This document shows, in pieces, positions 1 through 13,980 of a stretch of DNA of 64,000 nt (position 1 is the first letter of the stretch; every line of letters begins with the position of its first letter). The position numbers and the translations under genes are program-made. The DNA lies in contig OX597835.1 of the NCBI GenBank assembly GCA_951406725.2, positions 868,001-932,000 of the forward strand, given 5' to 3'. Origin of the DNA: Octopus vulgaris (Eukaryota). The notes under the pieces are model-generated. The model did not search any database, had not been told where the DNA came from, and saw nothing but the letters and a program-made list of their open reading frames with translations.

Positions 1-1407
1 TAGCCCAACTAATTAGGGAGTGAGTTAGCCTAGATGAGATGTAGTTTGGTTTTGTGCCAGGCAGAAGCACCACTCATGCTATATTTCTGGTTAGGTAATT
101 GCAGGAGAAATATCTAGCCAAAGATAAACTTCTGTACTTGGCTTTTGTTGACTTGGAGAAAGCTTTTGATAGAGTCCCCCAATCGTTTATCTGGTAGTCA
201 ATTTGGAAACTAGGGATAGACAAGTGGTTGGTGAGAGCCGAACAAGCCTTGTACAGGAACGCTACCAGTAAGGTGAGGGTTGGCAACGAGTACAGAAAAG
301 AATTCAAGATACAAGTAGGGGTGCACTAAGGATCAGTCCTCAGTCCCCTCTTCTTCATCATAGTCCTTTAGGCAATAACAGAGGAATTCAAGATAGGCTG
401 CCCCTGGAAGCTCCTCTGTGCTGATGACCTTAAAGCTCTTAAAGCTGAATCACTAGAAAAGGGGTAGCTAGAAACTCCATAAGATGCACCTAGCATAAGC
501 TTTGGACAAATAAAAGGTGCAGCAACATCAGAGGAAGATTAACAGGGAGACTAACTTTTATATGTGGAAGGGGCACAGGTGCAATAGCCACAGGTACAAA
601 TGCACAGAAAATAGACTCCATCAAGTGCCAGTGGGGTAAGCTAGAAGTAGTAGATAGCTTCCATTATCTAGGTGACCGAGTTAGTGGTGGAGGTGGATGC
701 TCCAAGAGCGTAGTAGTGAGAATGAGATTAGGCTGGGCAAAGCTCAGAGAGCTCCAACCCCTGCTGGCAACAAAGGGCCTCTCTCTCAGAGTGAAAGGCA
801 GATTGTTTGATGCCTGTGTGAACAGCTATGCTGCATGGCAGTGAAACATGGGCTGTGACAGCCGAGGACATGCATAGGGTTGAGAGAAATGAGACCTTTG
901 ACAATGTGTTGTGCTTGAGAGGACCTGTCAAGCCAAGTGCATCCATGCTGATGGCATATAAAGAACATCTTTTGAATGGTGACCCTTATGGAGGCAAAGT
1001 GGCTGAATTCCTTTTGAGTATTGGGCCTCACAGAGGCAAAGTGGTTGAGTTCCTCTTGAGCATTGGGCCTGACAGAGGCAATGACCAAGGCCATTGTCGT
1101 GCTTGAGAAGACTCCTCAAGCTAAGCAAGATTGCAGTTATGGCAGATACCAGTGTCACACAAATTGGCACCCGTGCCAGTGGAATGTAAATGCACCCTCG
1201 TGTCACACAAATGGCACTCGAGCTGATGGCATGTAAAAGTACCTATTACGCTCTCAGAGTGGTTGGCATTAGGGAGGGCATCCAGATGTAAAAATCATGC
1301 CAAATCAGACTTGGGTCTGGTGTAGCCTTCCAGCCTTGCCATCCCTGTCAAACCATCCAACCCATGCCAGCATAGACAACAGTTGTTAAATGATGATGAT
1401 GATGATA
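1..1407 (+). mobile_element. Decayed RTE-clade LINE (RT plus C-terminal region) with 3' UTR and (GAT)n tail
   Basis: Fragments LYLAFVDLEKAFDRVP and MLHGSETWAVTAEDM match the copy at 7407-8408; stops and frameshifts present; ends in gatgatgat next to (TA)n. Confidence 0.9.
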
Positions 1408-1417
1408 TATATATATA

Positions 1418-1945
1418 TCATCATCATCATCATCATTGTTTAACATCTGCTTTCCATGCTGCCATGGGTTTAAATGTGGACTGTCAAGCCAGGAGGCTGC
1501 ACTAGGCTCCAATCTGATCTGGCAAGGTTTCTACAGTTGGATACCCTTCCTAATGCCAACCACTCTAAGAGTGTAGTGGGTGCTTTTTATGTGCCACCAA
1601 CACTGCAGCCAGTCAGGCGACACTGGCATTGACCACACTTGAATGGTGCTTTTTAAGTGCCACTGTCATTTGAGTCAGGTGGCACTGGCATTGACCACGC
1701 TCGAATGGTGCTTTTTATGTACCACTAGCACTGGCATCGGCCACGACTATGATTTCACTTCACTCAACAGGTCTTCTGAAGTACATCATATTGCCCGATG
1801 AGTGAAGGGTACTTTTAAACGGGCCAGTTATGCGACACTGGCATCAACCACGGCTACAATCTCACTTGGCTTGCCGGGTTTTCTCAAGCACAGCATATCT
1901 CCAAAGGTCTCGATCACTTGTCTTTGCCTTTGTGAGGCCCAACAT
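1418..1945 (-). mobile_element. RTE 3' end, tail-to-tail with the previous copy
   Basis: (ATC)n followed by the reverse complement of the RTE 3' UTR with ggtgctttt repeat units. Confidence 0.8.
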
Positions 1946-2228
1946 TATATATATATATTCTTTTACTCTTTTACTCATTTCAGCCATGCAGCTGCAGTCA
2001 TACTGGAGCACCTCCGTGGTCTTTCTGATTTACTCAGTCTGGGGTATTTCACATCACCCCACTCTCCTGTATGTGCCTTTGTCCCAGCTGTGGGCCTTTG
2101 AACCCTAGACTATTGCAGTACCTGGTCCTGAATTTAGATGGAGTAGGTGGGGTACCTTTGGTACAATACAATAGCGGCTTCAAAAATAAGTTATATTACA
2201 ACTCTTCTAGTAATAATAAAAATAATAG

Positions 2229-2605
2229 GTGTAGGAATGGCTGTGTGGTAAGTAGCTTGTTTACGAACCACCTGGTTCCGGGTTCAGTCCCACTGCGTGG
2301 CACCTTGGGCAAGTGTTTTCTACTATAGCCTCAGGTCAACCAAAGCCTTGTGAGTGGATTTGGTAGACAGAAACTGAAAGAAGCCCATTGTATATGTGTG
2401 TGTGTGTGTTTGTGCATCTGTGTTTGTCCCCCCAACATCACTTGACAACCGATGCTGGTGTGTTTACATCCTCGTAACTTAATGGTTAGGCAAAAGCGAC
2501 CGATAGAATAAGTACTAGGCTTACAAAGAATAAGTCCTGGGGTTGATTTGCTCGACTAAAGGCAGTGCTCCGGCATGGCCACAGTCAAATGACTGAAACA
2601 CGTAA
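2229..2605 (+). mobile_element. SINE family A (tRNA-like head, internal TG tract)
   Basis: ggctgtgtggtaagtagcttg...ggttcagtcccactgcg...cagtcaaatgactgaaac; related copies near 8641, 26690, 45815, 55115 and 56815. Confidence 0.8.
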
Positions 2606-2639
2606 ATGACTAAATGAGTAATGAGTAATAAAATTAGAC

Positions 2640-2990
2640 CAAAGAATAGACCTAGGAAAATAATTTGGTTCACCCTTCCTTCTCCCTAAATGTAAAAATT
2701 AATGTATGTAAAAGATTTCTGTCTCTCTTTCATAAGGATTTCCCAGGAAATCACAAATACAGAAAGATCCTTAACAGACACTCATTTAGTTGTTGCTCCA
2801 ATATAAAGAGTATCATTCTCCACAAAAACCACCAAGTGCCCACTCCAATTGCGACTGTCGAGACTCTGGAACTTGTCCACTTGAGCAGAGGGACACGATA
2901 CACGCAGTTATAAATGAGGCGGAGGTTACAGCAACATTACATGATGACCTAACCAGAAAAAGAATCTCATCGGGTTATGCTAACTGCCTA
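2640..2990 (+). mobile_element. Penelope-like element remnant (region preceding the GIY-YIG endonuclease)
   Basis: HPSFSLNVKINVCKRFLSLFHKDFPGNHKYRKILNR, then NCDCR..CPL, resemble the PLE ORF C-terminal region. Confidence 0.55.
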
Positions 2991-3034
2991 TCTTATTTCT
3001 GCACATTGACAAAAGTAAAGCCACTAAGTTGACT

Positions 3035-3333
3035 TGTTCCTTCTCGAACCATGCCTGGCTCATAAGGGCCAGTTTCCTGGTTTCCTTGGCATATAGGTTC
3101 CCCACCTGGATGGGATGCCGGTCCATCGCAGGTGAGCTGCAAGATGCAGGAGGAAAGAGTGAGAGAAAGTTGTGGTGAAAGAGTCAGCAGAAGTTTGCCA
3201 TTGCCTTCTGCCGGAGCCGCATAGTGCTTAGGTGTTTTGCTCATAAACACACACATTGCCCGGTCTGAGATTCGAACCCGTGATCCCTTGACCGCGAGTC
3301 TGCTGCTCTAATTACTAGGCCATGTGCCTCCAC
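3035..3333 (-). mobile_element. tRNA-derived SINE family B
   Basis: Reverse complement of the copy at 48422-48722; A box tggcctagtaa and B box ggttcgaatct. Confidence 0.85.
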
Positions 3334-3849
3334 AACTAAGTTGACTTGCATGTATGGGGTTTGAAGAGCAACTCCAAGCCAAATACAATCAAGTGGAAAA
3401 CCATCGAAAAATCTTTTGCACATAATGATACATGCTTTGGAACTTGGAAAGAATAAGCTATTAATTGAGATGCGCTTGTGTATTTGTATTTAAGCATCTC
3501 GTTAAACGTTTCACCAACTGATGACTTAGGAGGAGGAACAGCTAAGGTATTCTTTATTTAAACTAATTCTTTTTTAATTGAAATTAATAGTGGTGTCTAT
3601 ATAATTAAAACAAATGAACAGGCATCCCACCCATGCCAGTATAGAAGGTGGACGTTAAATGATGATGATGATGATGATGAAACAGAAAAGCATAAAGTTA
3701 TAAATAAGCAAAACAAAAAAATAAGAACAAACTCTTCCCCCCACCACAAAAAAAACCACAGGAATACACCCATCTGCTGCACCCTACTGCCTATCTAACA
3801 AGGTAAATATCCCACCCTCTGACCAACTTATTAAACAATAGATGAGGTA

Positions 3850-4450
3850 ATGAGGGTGGCTCTACATGGTTATTAAACTTACTAGAAATAGCAACAAAAT
3901 CTCCCACAAATCAACAGCCTACAAAACTTGAATAAGGAAAGGATAAATTGGATAAGGTTAATCCAGGTTATTCCTAAAAATTATGGGATGGTCATGGTTG
4001 GAATGTCTCTTACTATAGGTCTGCTTGATCAGGACAACACAAGGCTATATGAGAACAGCAATAATAAGAACAACAACCAAACAATGAATGAAGCCTATTG
4101 TTTGCTCAACCAGGGATGACCTACGTTGAAGCAACAACAACAACAAACAAACAGCAAATGAGGAGACAAGGAAGCCCCTACGTAGTTGTTTGACCTGCTA
4201 GAAATAGCAGACAAATCTTACTCAAATCAACAACCTATTATCTTGAAAAAGGAAGGACACAATGACCAACAGTCCAAGATAGCACTAAATCAATGAAATT
4301 ATCATGGCTAGGTATGTTCTCTCATGGTTGACCTCGGGTCAACACCAGCTCATGAAACACACTACTGACTTTTAAAGAAAGGGATTACATATTGGACAAA
4401 GTGGTCTGAGATCAATGGAACTGATTGGGGTAAGAAACATCTTTAACCAT
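3850..4450 (+). repeat. Diverged tandem copies of a ~180-200 bp unit
   Basis: Recurring gctagaaatagcagccaaatct...gggatggtcatgg...ataggtctgct...aacaac motifs; also at 29740-30290 and 31790-32950. Confidence 0.55.
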
Positions 4451-5458
4451 GGGAGCCATAACTAATGTTTACAATCATTTTATCAAAAGCATGTTCTTTT
4501 AAAATCACATATGATCTACAGCAAGTATACTACAGATGATCAACAGATGTGGTTTAAGGTTTTGAAGTAAGCCACACACACACACACACACACATGATAC
4601 TTTGAACAGATTATTCAGTGTGTTGTGGATAAAAAAGGTTGCAAATATTAGGTATTTGTGATCAGAGCTAACAATAGGAAGAAAAAGCTACTCACAGTAA
4701 AGAAACAAAGTCCCTAAAAATAGTCCCTAAAACAGATAATAAACATTTAAGAAAAGGTTTCATCACTTACGCATTAAACAATAATGTTAATTTTCATGTA
4801 GTGATATCTTCATGCGGATATCCAATGGTTCTTGAAGTAAGCCTTGTAAAATTACAGGTATGTATATGTGTGTGTGTGTATATATGTTATCAACCAAGCT
4901 TAAAAGATCTCCAATTGGATATTCCACAACAACTGGGGAGAGAGTGTACAATTACAGCTATGTATACTCACCCAGTTTAAAGGAAATCCCAAGTTTCTGT
5001 TGTATTTCATGTGATATTCCACTGTTCTTTGCACAAGGTTCTATACTATAAAAGATCTCACCTCTTTCTTACTCTCTCACTGTTTAACTATAACTTATGT
5101 CTAAATGACTTGTGTGTGTGTGTATACAGGTGTTTGTAAAGTCCTGTCCAGGTACACTTACCTCTTTCATCCTCTCAATTTCCCGCAGCTCATGCTGTGT
5201 TTCTCCTCCCTTTCTTCCTCCTTCACTCTCTTTCACTATCTCTCCCACCCCACCTTTTCTCCTGCCCCTCCTTCTCTCCCCCTCTTTATCAATCTCCTTG
5301 CTCTCCCACATTGTCTCACACTTTTCTTCTCTCTCTTTCTTTTCCCCTCTGTCTCTTTCTCTAGTCTTTTGCTGTTGGTTACAATGAAATAAAGATATAA
5401 ATACTTGAAACTCAGTGATAACACTCCCTCCATTCAACACTGTAACAAATCCTCAGGT

Positions 5459-5489
<31 letters not shown>

Positions 5490-5804
5490 GGGAACAAAGA
5501 GTGGAAGAGATATAAAGAGGAAAGGTGAAGAAGAAAAAGAAGATAAACAATTAGCACACGCATACACTCACTGAATTTACCACCGGCACAAACACCTTCC
5601 TTCATTCCAAACACCTACAGAATGTCACCACTCACTTCACCCTTCTCCCCCACTTACAGTTATTGTATGCATTGATATATGTGAGCTGTAAGGGAGTGTG
5701 TATATTATGAATGCATGCATGCACATTGATAGGTGCATGTGTGTGTGATCATCATTGTTTAACATCCGTTTTCCGTGCTAGCATGGGTTATATATATATA
5801 TATA

Positions 5805-6144
5805 GTGAAGGCGCGTGGCTCAGTGGTTAGAGCGTCGAGCTTACGATCGTGAGGTTGTGAGCTCGAATCCCGGACCGGGCTGCGTGTTGTGTTCTTGAGC
5901 AAGACACTTTATTTCACGTTGCTCCAGTTCACTCAGCTGTAGAAATGAGTTGCGACGTCACAGGTGCCAAGCTGTATCGGCCTCTGCCTTTCCCTTGGAC
6001 AACATCGGTGACGTGGAGAGGGGAGGCCGGTATGCATGGGCGACTGCTGGTCTTCCATGAAACAACCTTGCCCAGACTTGTGCCTCAGAGAGTAACTCTC
6101 TAGGTGCAAACCCATGGTCAGTGTCTGACCGAAGGGGGTCACTA

Positions 6145-6146
<2 letters not shown>
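5805..6146 (+). mobile_element. tRNA-derived SINE family C
   Basis: A box tggctcagtgg, B-box-like gctcgaatcc; highly similar copy at 53032-53370; flanked by (TA)n. Confidence 0.85.
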
Positions 6147-6188
<42 letters not shown>

Positions 6189-6192
<4 letters not shown>

Positions 6193-8480
6193 TCATTATC
6201 ATCATCATCATCGTTTAACGTCCGTTTTCCATGCTTGCATGGGTTGAACGGTTCAACTGCAGTCTGGGAAGCCAGGAGGTTGCACCAGACTCCAGAGTGT
6301 AGTGGGTGCTTTTTACATGCCACCAACACAGGTGCCAGACGAGGCTGGCAACAGCCATGATCAGTTGGTACATTTTACATGCCACCGGCACGGAAGCCAG
6401 TCAAGGTGGCACTGGCATCAGCCACATTCGGATGGTGCTTTTTACGTGCCACCAGCACAGGGATCACAATTACAATTTCCATTGATTTTTTATGTTGATG
6501 TAGTTGACTCAATAGGGTTCCTCAAGCACAGGAGTCAGTCCAGCGGCACTGGCAACGCCGGGTGCCAGACATCGGATTTGGTTCAATTTCGATTTCACTT
6601 GCCCCAACAGGTCTTCGCAAGCAGAGTTTAGTGTCCAATGAAGGGAGGTTAGCATGGGTGCCACTAGTCAGATGTGGTTCGATTTCGAATTCAATTTCAA
6701 TTTCACTTGCCTCAACAGGTCTTCGCAAGCAGAGTTTTGTGTCCAAAGAAGGAAAGGTATGCATACGTGGACTGGCTACATCCCTGGCAAAGGCCATGGG
6801 TTATGGACTCACTTGTCCTGCCGGGTCTTCTCATGCACAGCATATTTCCAAAGGTCTCGGTCGTTAGTCACTCCTCGGTGAGGCCTAATGTTCAAAGGTC
6901 ATGCTTCACCACCTCGTCCCAGGTTTTCCTGGGTCTACCTCTTCCACAGGTTCCCTCAACTGCTAAGGAGTAGCACTTTTTCACGCACCTGTCTTCATCT
7001 ATTCTCACCACATAACCATACCTGCGCAATTGTCTCCCTTGCACACCACAGCTGATGCTTCTTGGGTCCAACTTTTATCTCAAGGTACTTACACTCTGTC
7101 GAGTATGTACACTGACTTTACACATCCATCAGAGCATACTGGCTTCATTCCTTGCGAGCTTACACATGTCCTCAGCAGTCACGGCCCATGTTTCACTGCC
7201 ATGTAGCATGGCTGTTCGTACACATGCGTCATACAGTCTACCTTTTACTCTGAGCTTTGCCCAGGCTATTCTTACTCTAGCAGTTACACTTTCAGCACAC
7301 CAACCCCCACTACTAACTTGGTCACCTAGGTAACGGAAGCTATCAACTACTTCTAGTTTTTCTCCCTGGAATGTGGCAGAAGATGGTCTCTGCGTATTTT
7401 CAGTGTTTATTGCTCCTGAGCATCTGCCACATACAAAACTATCTTCCTAGTTAGCCTTCCTTTGACACTGCTGCACCTCTTATGTGTCCATACCTTACAC
7501 TGGGTACATCTTATGGAGTTTCTACCTACGATTTTTCTACAGATCGAGCAGGGCCATCTACCTGAAGGCATTTGTGGTTTGTCTACCTTCCTACTTATTA
7601 GTACTTTGGTTTTAGCTAGGTTGACTCTAAGGCCCTTCGATTCTAATCCTTGCTTCCACACTTGAAACTTCTCCTCCAGTTCTGACAGTGACTCAGCAAT
7701 TAGAGCAAGGTCATCAGCATAGAGGAGCTCCCAGGGGCATCCAGTCTTGAATTCCTCTGTTATTGCCTGGAGAACTATGATAAATAGGAGGGGGCTGAGA
7801 ATTGAACCTTGGTGGACACCTACCTCTACCCGGAATTCTTCACTGTACTCGTTGCCAACCCTCACCTTACTAACAGTGTCCCTGTACATGGCTTGCACAA
7901 CTCTCACTAACCATTCATCTATCCCTAGTTTCCTCATTGACCACCAGATAAGGGATCGGGGGACCCTGTCAAAGGCTTTCTCCATGTCATCAAAAGCCAG
8001 GTACAGGGGCTTATCTTTGGCTAGGTATTTCTCCTGCAGCTGTCTTACCAGGAATATAGCATCAGTGGTGCTTTTCCCTGGCACGAACCCAAACTGCATC
8101 TCAACTAAACTGACTCTTTCCCTAATTAGTTGGGCTAAAACCCTCTCCATGACCTTCATTATTTGATCCAGCAACTTGATACCTCTGTAATTATTTGTAT
8201 CTAAGGCGTCACCTTTACCTTTGTAGCAATTGACTACAGTGCTGCTACACCAGTCATTGGGTATGACTCCTTCGTGTATCACATGGTTAACTATGCAGGT
8301 GACTAGGCTATAGCTGACACTGCCAGATATTTTGAGCATCTCTGCAGTGATTCCTGATGGGCCGGGGGCTTTCCCTGCCTTCATACTCTTGATTGCTTTA
8401 TCTACCAAGGTACTGTCAATTCAGATAGCTGGTCCCTCTGTTGGGTCGACATTTGGCAGACTCTCTTTATCCCATTCATT
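6189..8480 (-). mobile_element. 5'-truncated RTE-clade LINE with 3' UTR and (GAT)n tail
   Basis: RT ORF, C-terminal region and repeat-containing 3' UTR; both ends lie next to TA/TG microsatellite. Confidence 0.92.
7407..8408 (-). pseudogene. Non-LTR reverse transcriptase domain of the RTE element
   Basis: [47 protein letters not shown], followed by a Cys/His PHD-like motif; frameshifted at the C-terminus. Confidence 0.93.
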
Positions 8481-8503
8481 CTCTTTATTAAGCAGTGTGT
8501 GTA

Positions 8504-8609
<106 letters not shown>

Positions 8610-8640
8610 TGTGCACATAATGCGTGTGTATGAATGTATG

Positions 8641-9030
8641 TTCTTTTATTCTTTTACTTGTTTCAGTCATTTGACTGCAGCCATGCTGGAGCACCACCTT
8701 TAGTTGAACAAATCAACATTAGGACTTTTCCTTTGTAAGCCTAGCAGTTATTCTGTCGGTCTCTTTTGCCAAATCCCTAAGCTATGGGGACATAAAGACA
8801 CCAACATCACCTGTCAAGCAATGGTGGGGGGTGGGCACAAACAGACACACACACACACACACACATATATACAATGGGCTTCTTTCAGTTTCTGTCTACC
8901 AAATCCACTCACAAAGTTTTAGTTGGCCCAAGGTTATAGCAGAACACATTTTCCCAAGGTACCACGCAGTGAGACTGAACCTGGAACCATATCGTTAGGA
9001 AGCAAGCTTCTTACTTTCTTACTACACAGC
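8641..9030 (-). mobile_element. SINE family A
   Basis: Reverse complement of the 2229-2605 type. Confidence 0.75.
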
Positions 9031-9080
9031 CACACACACACACATGTGTGTGTGTGTATATGTATCTGTATATGTATGTA

Positions 9081-9136
<56 letters not shown>

Positions 9137-9429
9137 AGTGTATATATATGTATGTATGTGTGTGTGTGTGTATGTATATATATAGATATATATATAGATT
9201 CAAATGAATATGGTACTTAAGTTGAAGGCACCAGAATTTAGTATGTTATTATCCATATAATTTAAAATAAGGTGATTATAATCAAAATAAGCAACAAGGA
9301 TATCCAGAGGTAATGCAGTACGATCGTTTCATGCGACTCTTATTTGGAGAATATATTAGGAGTAATAACAATATATTAAGAGTAAAAATAAGAGTGTCCC
9401 TTATTTGTAGAATATATTAGGAGTAATTC

Positions 9430-11636
9430 ATGTGAACAGCATGTAGAGCATGTAAAAGCTGTGTTCAAGAAAATTAAACAGTATAGGTTCACATTGAGTG
9501 AAGAAAACTGCAAATTCCTTTTGCCTCAAATAATTGATAAAAATGGTAGAAGGCAGATGCAATAAAGAATATGCCTTCTCTGACAAATATAGCAACATAA
9601 CAAGCGTTTCTTCGGCTGGCAAACTACTACCAGAACTACATCCCTAAAATTCACAAATGAAGAGCTCCATTGAATGACTTATTAAAAAAAAGAAGTAAAG
9701 AGGAATTGGTCGGTTAAATGCCAAAACACATTTGTAGAAATAAAAAAAATTCTAAGCACAGATTTGTCTCAAGCACATTGCAATCCTGAAATGGACATTG
9801 TTGTAGCATCTGATGCTTCGGAGTATGGAATAGGAGCAGTTTTGCTACACAAGTATTAAGATGGAAGTACGAAATCAGTGATTCATGTTTCGCATTCACT
9901 GAGAGTGGCAGAGAGAAAATAGATAGAAAAAGAAGCCCTATCGATTATCTTTGTGGTGAAAAATTTTCACAGGATTCTGCAAGGTAGAATTTTTCTATTG
10001 CAAACAGATCATCGACTATTGCTTTCAATTTATGGGTGAAACAAAGGGTTACCTACCCATACAGTGAATCGACTACAATGTTGAGGTATAATTTCAAAAT
10101 GCAGTATATTACTTTGAAAAAAATTGGTCATACGGACTGTCTATCAAGACTAATTCCCCAAAATACCGTGCTAGCTGCCAGTGACTGCACAGGATATAAG
10201 AATGAAATCTGTAGGCAATAAGTGTATTACAAAAATGAAAGAAGCTTTAGAAAATAAGCAGAATAAAAATACAAATTCAAGTATTTTCTCAATATGCGAT
10301 GATATTCTGATGCATGCACAAAGAGTTGTAGTACCAACTACATTACAAAAATGTGTATTGCAGCAATTCCACAGCAGGCACCCGGGAATGTGGAGGATGA
10401 AAGCTCTGATGAGGGGCTACGTTGATTGGTCGACTATGGACTGGAATATCCAAAATTTGGTGAGAACTTGTCAAGGTTGCATGCTCGCGGCCACAGCCCT
10501 GCTGGTAAAATATCAATCATGAATACCCATGGGCTAGGTTACATATCAGCAATGCCAGACCAGTGAATGGTGCTTACTATCTAATCATGGTAGACAGCTG
10601 TACAAAGTAGCCAGAGGTATGCAGGTGCAATAAACCAACCACTAAGACAACTATAAAGTTCTTGTAGGAATTGTTTGTGTTCCAGACATGTTAGTTTCTG
10701 ATAATGGAATGCAATTCTCGGGGTATGAATTCAAGAACTTCAGTAAAATACATGCAATAAAGCAGATAGAAAGATTCGTGGACATGTTCAAAAGAATGTC
10801 AAGAAAAGCTAGGAATGAATTAAAAAACTACGAAGCACTAACAAAATTCTTAAGGGTATATAGAGTAACCCCCAATACAAGTACAAATTCAGGAAAGCCA
10901 CCTCCAATGTTGATGCTCGCAGGAAGAATAAAATCAATCTTTGATAGGTTATTGCCAGAGAAAAAAGATGTAAAGGAAATATGAAAGATGCAATGAAATA
11001 TTTTGAAGTAGGAGAAAAAGTGCATTTTAAAATCTATAGAAATGGCAAAGACGGCTGAGAGGATCCCCTTGTAATCCAAAAAATAGGAAGTATGATTTAC
11101 CAGATTTAAGGACCACGCTGGGAACATAAGAAACCCATAAATCAGCTAAAGAAGAGACATATCAAAGAATGGAGAGAAATTGCTTTGGAAGTATTTTTTG
11201 ATGTATTCGATGTCTCAGCATTGAAAGTAATGGAGTCCCGCAGAACGAGCAGAACCAGAAAATGGAAGCAGACCAAACACCTTGAGATAAGGTCCCAGTG
11301 AAAAAGATACTAAATAATAATAATAATAATATAAATCAAATTTCTTTATTCCTTCGGAACTCAAAATCTCAAAAGGGGAGATGTTGTGGTGATAGAATGA
11401 CACCTCCTGACAAGAATAGACGGGACTAATATGTATAAATAGTAGTGGTCTGAGGCAGTCAGCAGTTCATAGCTTGGTCTTCGAAGTCCAGGTACAGTTT
11501 AAGTTAGTGAGTTGGTTCATAAAAGATTGTTGGTTCCTTATGTGATTGTTACAGCCACTTTTTTTAAATTTTGTATTGTAATAACACTGTTATGGTGTAT
11601 TCTTTATCTATCATCAACAATATCAACCATACTACA
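9430..11636 (+). mobile_element. Degenerate Ty3/Gypsy LTR retrotransposon (RT end, RNase H, integrase, PPT, 3' LTR)
   Basis: VASDASEYGIGAVL and EKEAL...QTDH (RNase H); HSRHPGMWRMKALMRGYVDW...CQGC (integrase Zn finger); LVSDNGMQF (rve core); RNase H-before-integrase order. Confidence 0.88.
11371..11636 (+). repeat. Polypurine tract and 3' LTR of the Gypsy remnant
   Basis: aaaaggggag (11371-11380), then TGTTGTGG...ACTACA; tataaata near 11434. Confidence 0.65.
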
Positions 11637-11661
11637 ATACTGGAGGCGTAAGGATATGACA

Positions 11662-11711
<50 letters not shown>

Positions 11712-11715
<4 letters not shown>

Positions 11716-11951
11716 ATCTGTCGGGCATGTGGAAGAGAGTGTAATTCGGCAGGAGGACTTAAACGACATGCAAAGGTACATGAAGCCCAGTTACAACTAC
11801 AGCCGGCTATTACCGGTAAAGGTCTTAGCTGCCAATTCTGTACAAGACATTGTAGATCTTTGGCTGGGCTAAAAAGTCACATTCGATCACAGCACCAGTA
11901 ACAGTTAAGCTTCGTGCAATGCCATACTCGATAACGAGGGGGCAGCCATAA
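11712..11951 (+). mobile_element. 3' end of a second RTE-type LINE encoding two C2H2 fingers
   Basis: CRACGRECNSAGGLKRHAKVH and CQFCTRHCRSLAGLKSHIR; the same motifs are fused to RT at 15128-15634; followed by a (TATG)n tract. Confidence 0.7.
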
Positions 11952-12924
11952 GTATATGTATGTATGTATGTGTGTATGTATGTATGTATGTATGTACGTA
12001 TGTATGTATACATGTGTGTGTATGTATGTGTTTATGTATGTGTGTGTGTGTGTGTGTGTGTATGTGTGTGTATGTATGTATGTGGTTATGTATCTGTGTG
12101 TGTATGTATGTATGTGTGTGTATGTATGTATATATGTATGTATGTGTGTGTATGTATATATGTATCTTTGTGTGTATGTGTGTATGTGTGTATGTGTGTA
12201 TGTGTGTATGTATGTATGTGTGTATGTATGTATGTGTGTATGAGTGTATGTATGTATGTGTGTATGTATGTTTGTGTGTTTGTATGTATGTATGTATGTG
12301 TATGTATGTATGTATGTATGCATATGTTTATATATTTGTATGTGAGTGTGTGTAAGTATGCAAACATATAAAACATATCTCAAATAGATGACAAAAGAAC
12401 GCAAAACAAGAAAGAAAACAGCAAAAAGATGTGCTGGGAACATATTGCATGCAAGCATGGAAAAACAGCTGTAAAATTGATAATCATGATGAAATAAATA
12501 CACACACAGGCAGCACCTATGGACATGGGTACCTGCAAGCAAATACACATGAATACATCCACACACACACACATACAGGTTTTAGTCGCTAACATATTTT
12601 CCTTCCTGGTTCTGCAAACACAAACCTTTTTCGTTTCTTTCTCCAAAACTCCAACAACAAAAGTATTTACTAAGGTATAACAAGCGGATATTTCTGTTGT
12701 TGCTATTCTTGTGGTTGCTATTGTTGGGTTTGTTGTTAGAGTATGGTAAGCTGCACCTGTTGTTTATTTTTGTTTCTCCCTTCCCTAGTGAATTAATTAG
12801 CATTTGTTTCTATGGAGATGTGACCATGCTGAAGTGATGACATTGTCCAGCAGTCTGGAAAATCAATCCAATGCCTTACTTAATCAAGCAATAACCAATA
12901 AATGTAGGTGTCTCTGAAGTGGCT

Positions 12925-13980
12925 GGAATATCTATAGTGGGGGGGGGTCAGATAAGGATTATCTATGGTGGAGTGTTTGGTCAGGTGAGGATTATCTATG
13001 ATGGACTGTTTGTCAGATGAAGATTGTCTATGGTGGATGTGACAAATGAGGATTATCTATGTTGGGGTGTTTGTCAAATGAAGATTATCTATGGCAGAGT
13101 GTCTGTAGATGAGGATTATCTATAGTAGGGTTTCTGTCAGATAAGGATTATTCATGTTGGGGTGACAGTCAGTTCAGGATTATCTATGATGGGGTCAGAT
13201 GAGAATTATCTATGGTGGGGCATTTGTCAGAAGAGGATTATCTATACTGGGGTGTATATCAGATGAAGACTCTCTATGGTGGGGTGTCTGTCAGTTGTGG
13301 ATTATCTATGATGGGCTGTTTGTCAAATAATTATCTATGATGAGGTGTCTATCAGATGAAGATTATCTATGATGGGCTGTTTGTTAGATGAGGATTATCT
13401 ATGCAGGGATGTCTGTCAGATGAAGACTATGTATGGTGGGGTGTCTCTCAGTTGAAGATTACCTATGCTGGGGTGCTTGTCAGATGAGGTTTGTCTATGG
13501 TGATGTGCCTGTCATATGAGAATTATCTCTGGTGGGCTGTTTGTCAGTTGAGGATTATTTATGCTGGGTGTGTCTATTAGTTTAGGATTATCTATCCAGG
13601 GGTTTCTGTCAGATGAGGACTATCTATGGTTGGGTGTTTGTCAGATGAGAATTATCTCTGGTGGGTTGTTTGTCAGTTGAGGATTATCTATGGTGAGATG
13701 TCTGTCAGTTGAGGATTATCTATGCTGGGGTTTCTGTCAAATGAGGATTATTCTGTGGTTGTTTGTTGGATGAACATAATCTATGCTGGGGTGTTTGTCA
13801 GTTGAGAATTATCTATGGTATGGTGTCTGTCAGATGAGGATTATCTATGCAGGAGTACCTGTCAGATAAGGACTATCTACGGTAGGGTGCTACTCAGTTC
13901 AGGATTATCTATGGTGGGGTGCCTGTCAGATAAGGACTGCCTATGGCTGGGTGTCTGTTGGATGCATTATCTATGTTGAG
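12925..13980 (+). repeat. 32-bp minisatellite, about 33 diverged copies
   Basis: Unit approximately gaggattatctatggtggggtgtctgtcagat; period 32 (e.g. 13679 to 13711). Confidence 0.92.

Noticed and set aside
5805-5880. tRNA genes (also near 48425, 53035, 57670 and 3260)
   Set aside because: tRNA-like heads continue into shared SINE bodies and lack a clean acceptor stem.
11512-11901. Host C2H2 zinc-finger gene
   Set aside because: The ORF runs through an LTR and (TG)n, lacks TGEKP linkers, and the same fingers are fused to RT at 15128-15634.
12925-13980. CRISPR-like periodic array
   Set aside because: The variable parts are homologous to one another, the period is only 32 bp, there are no cas genes and the context is eukaryotic; it is a minisatellite.
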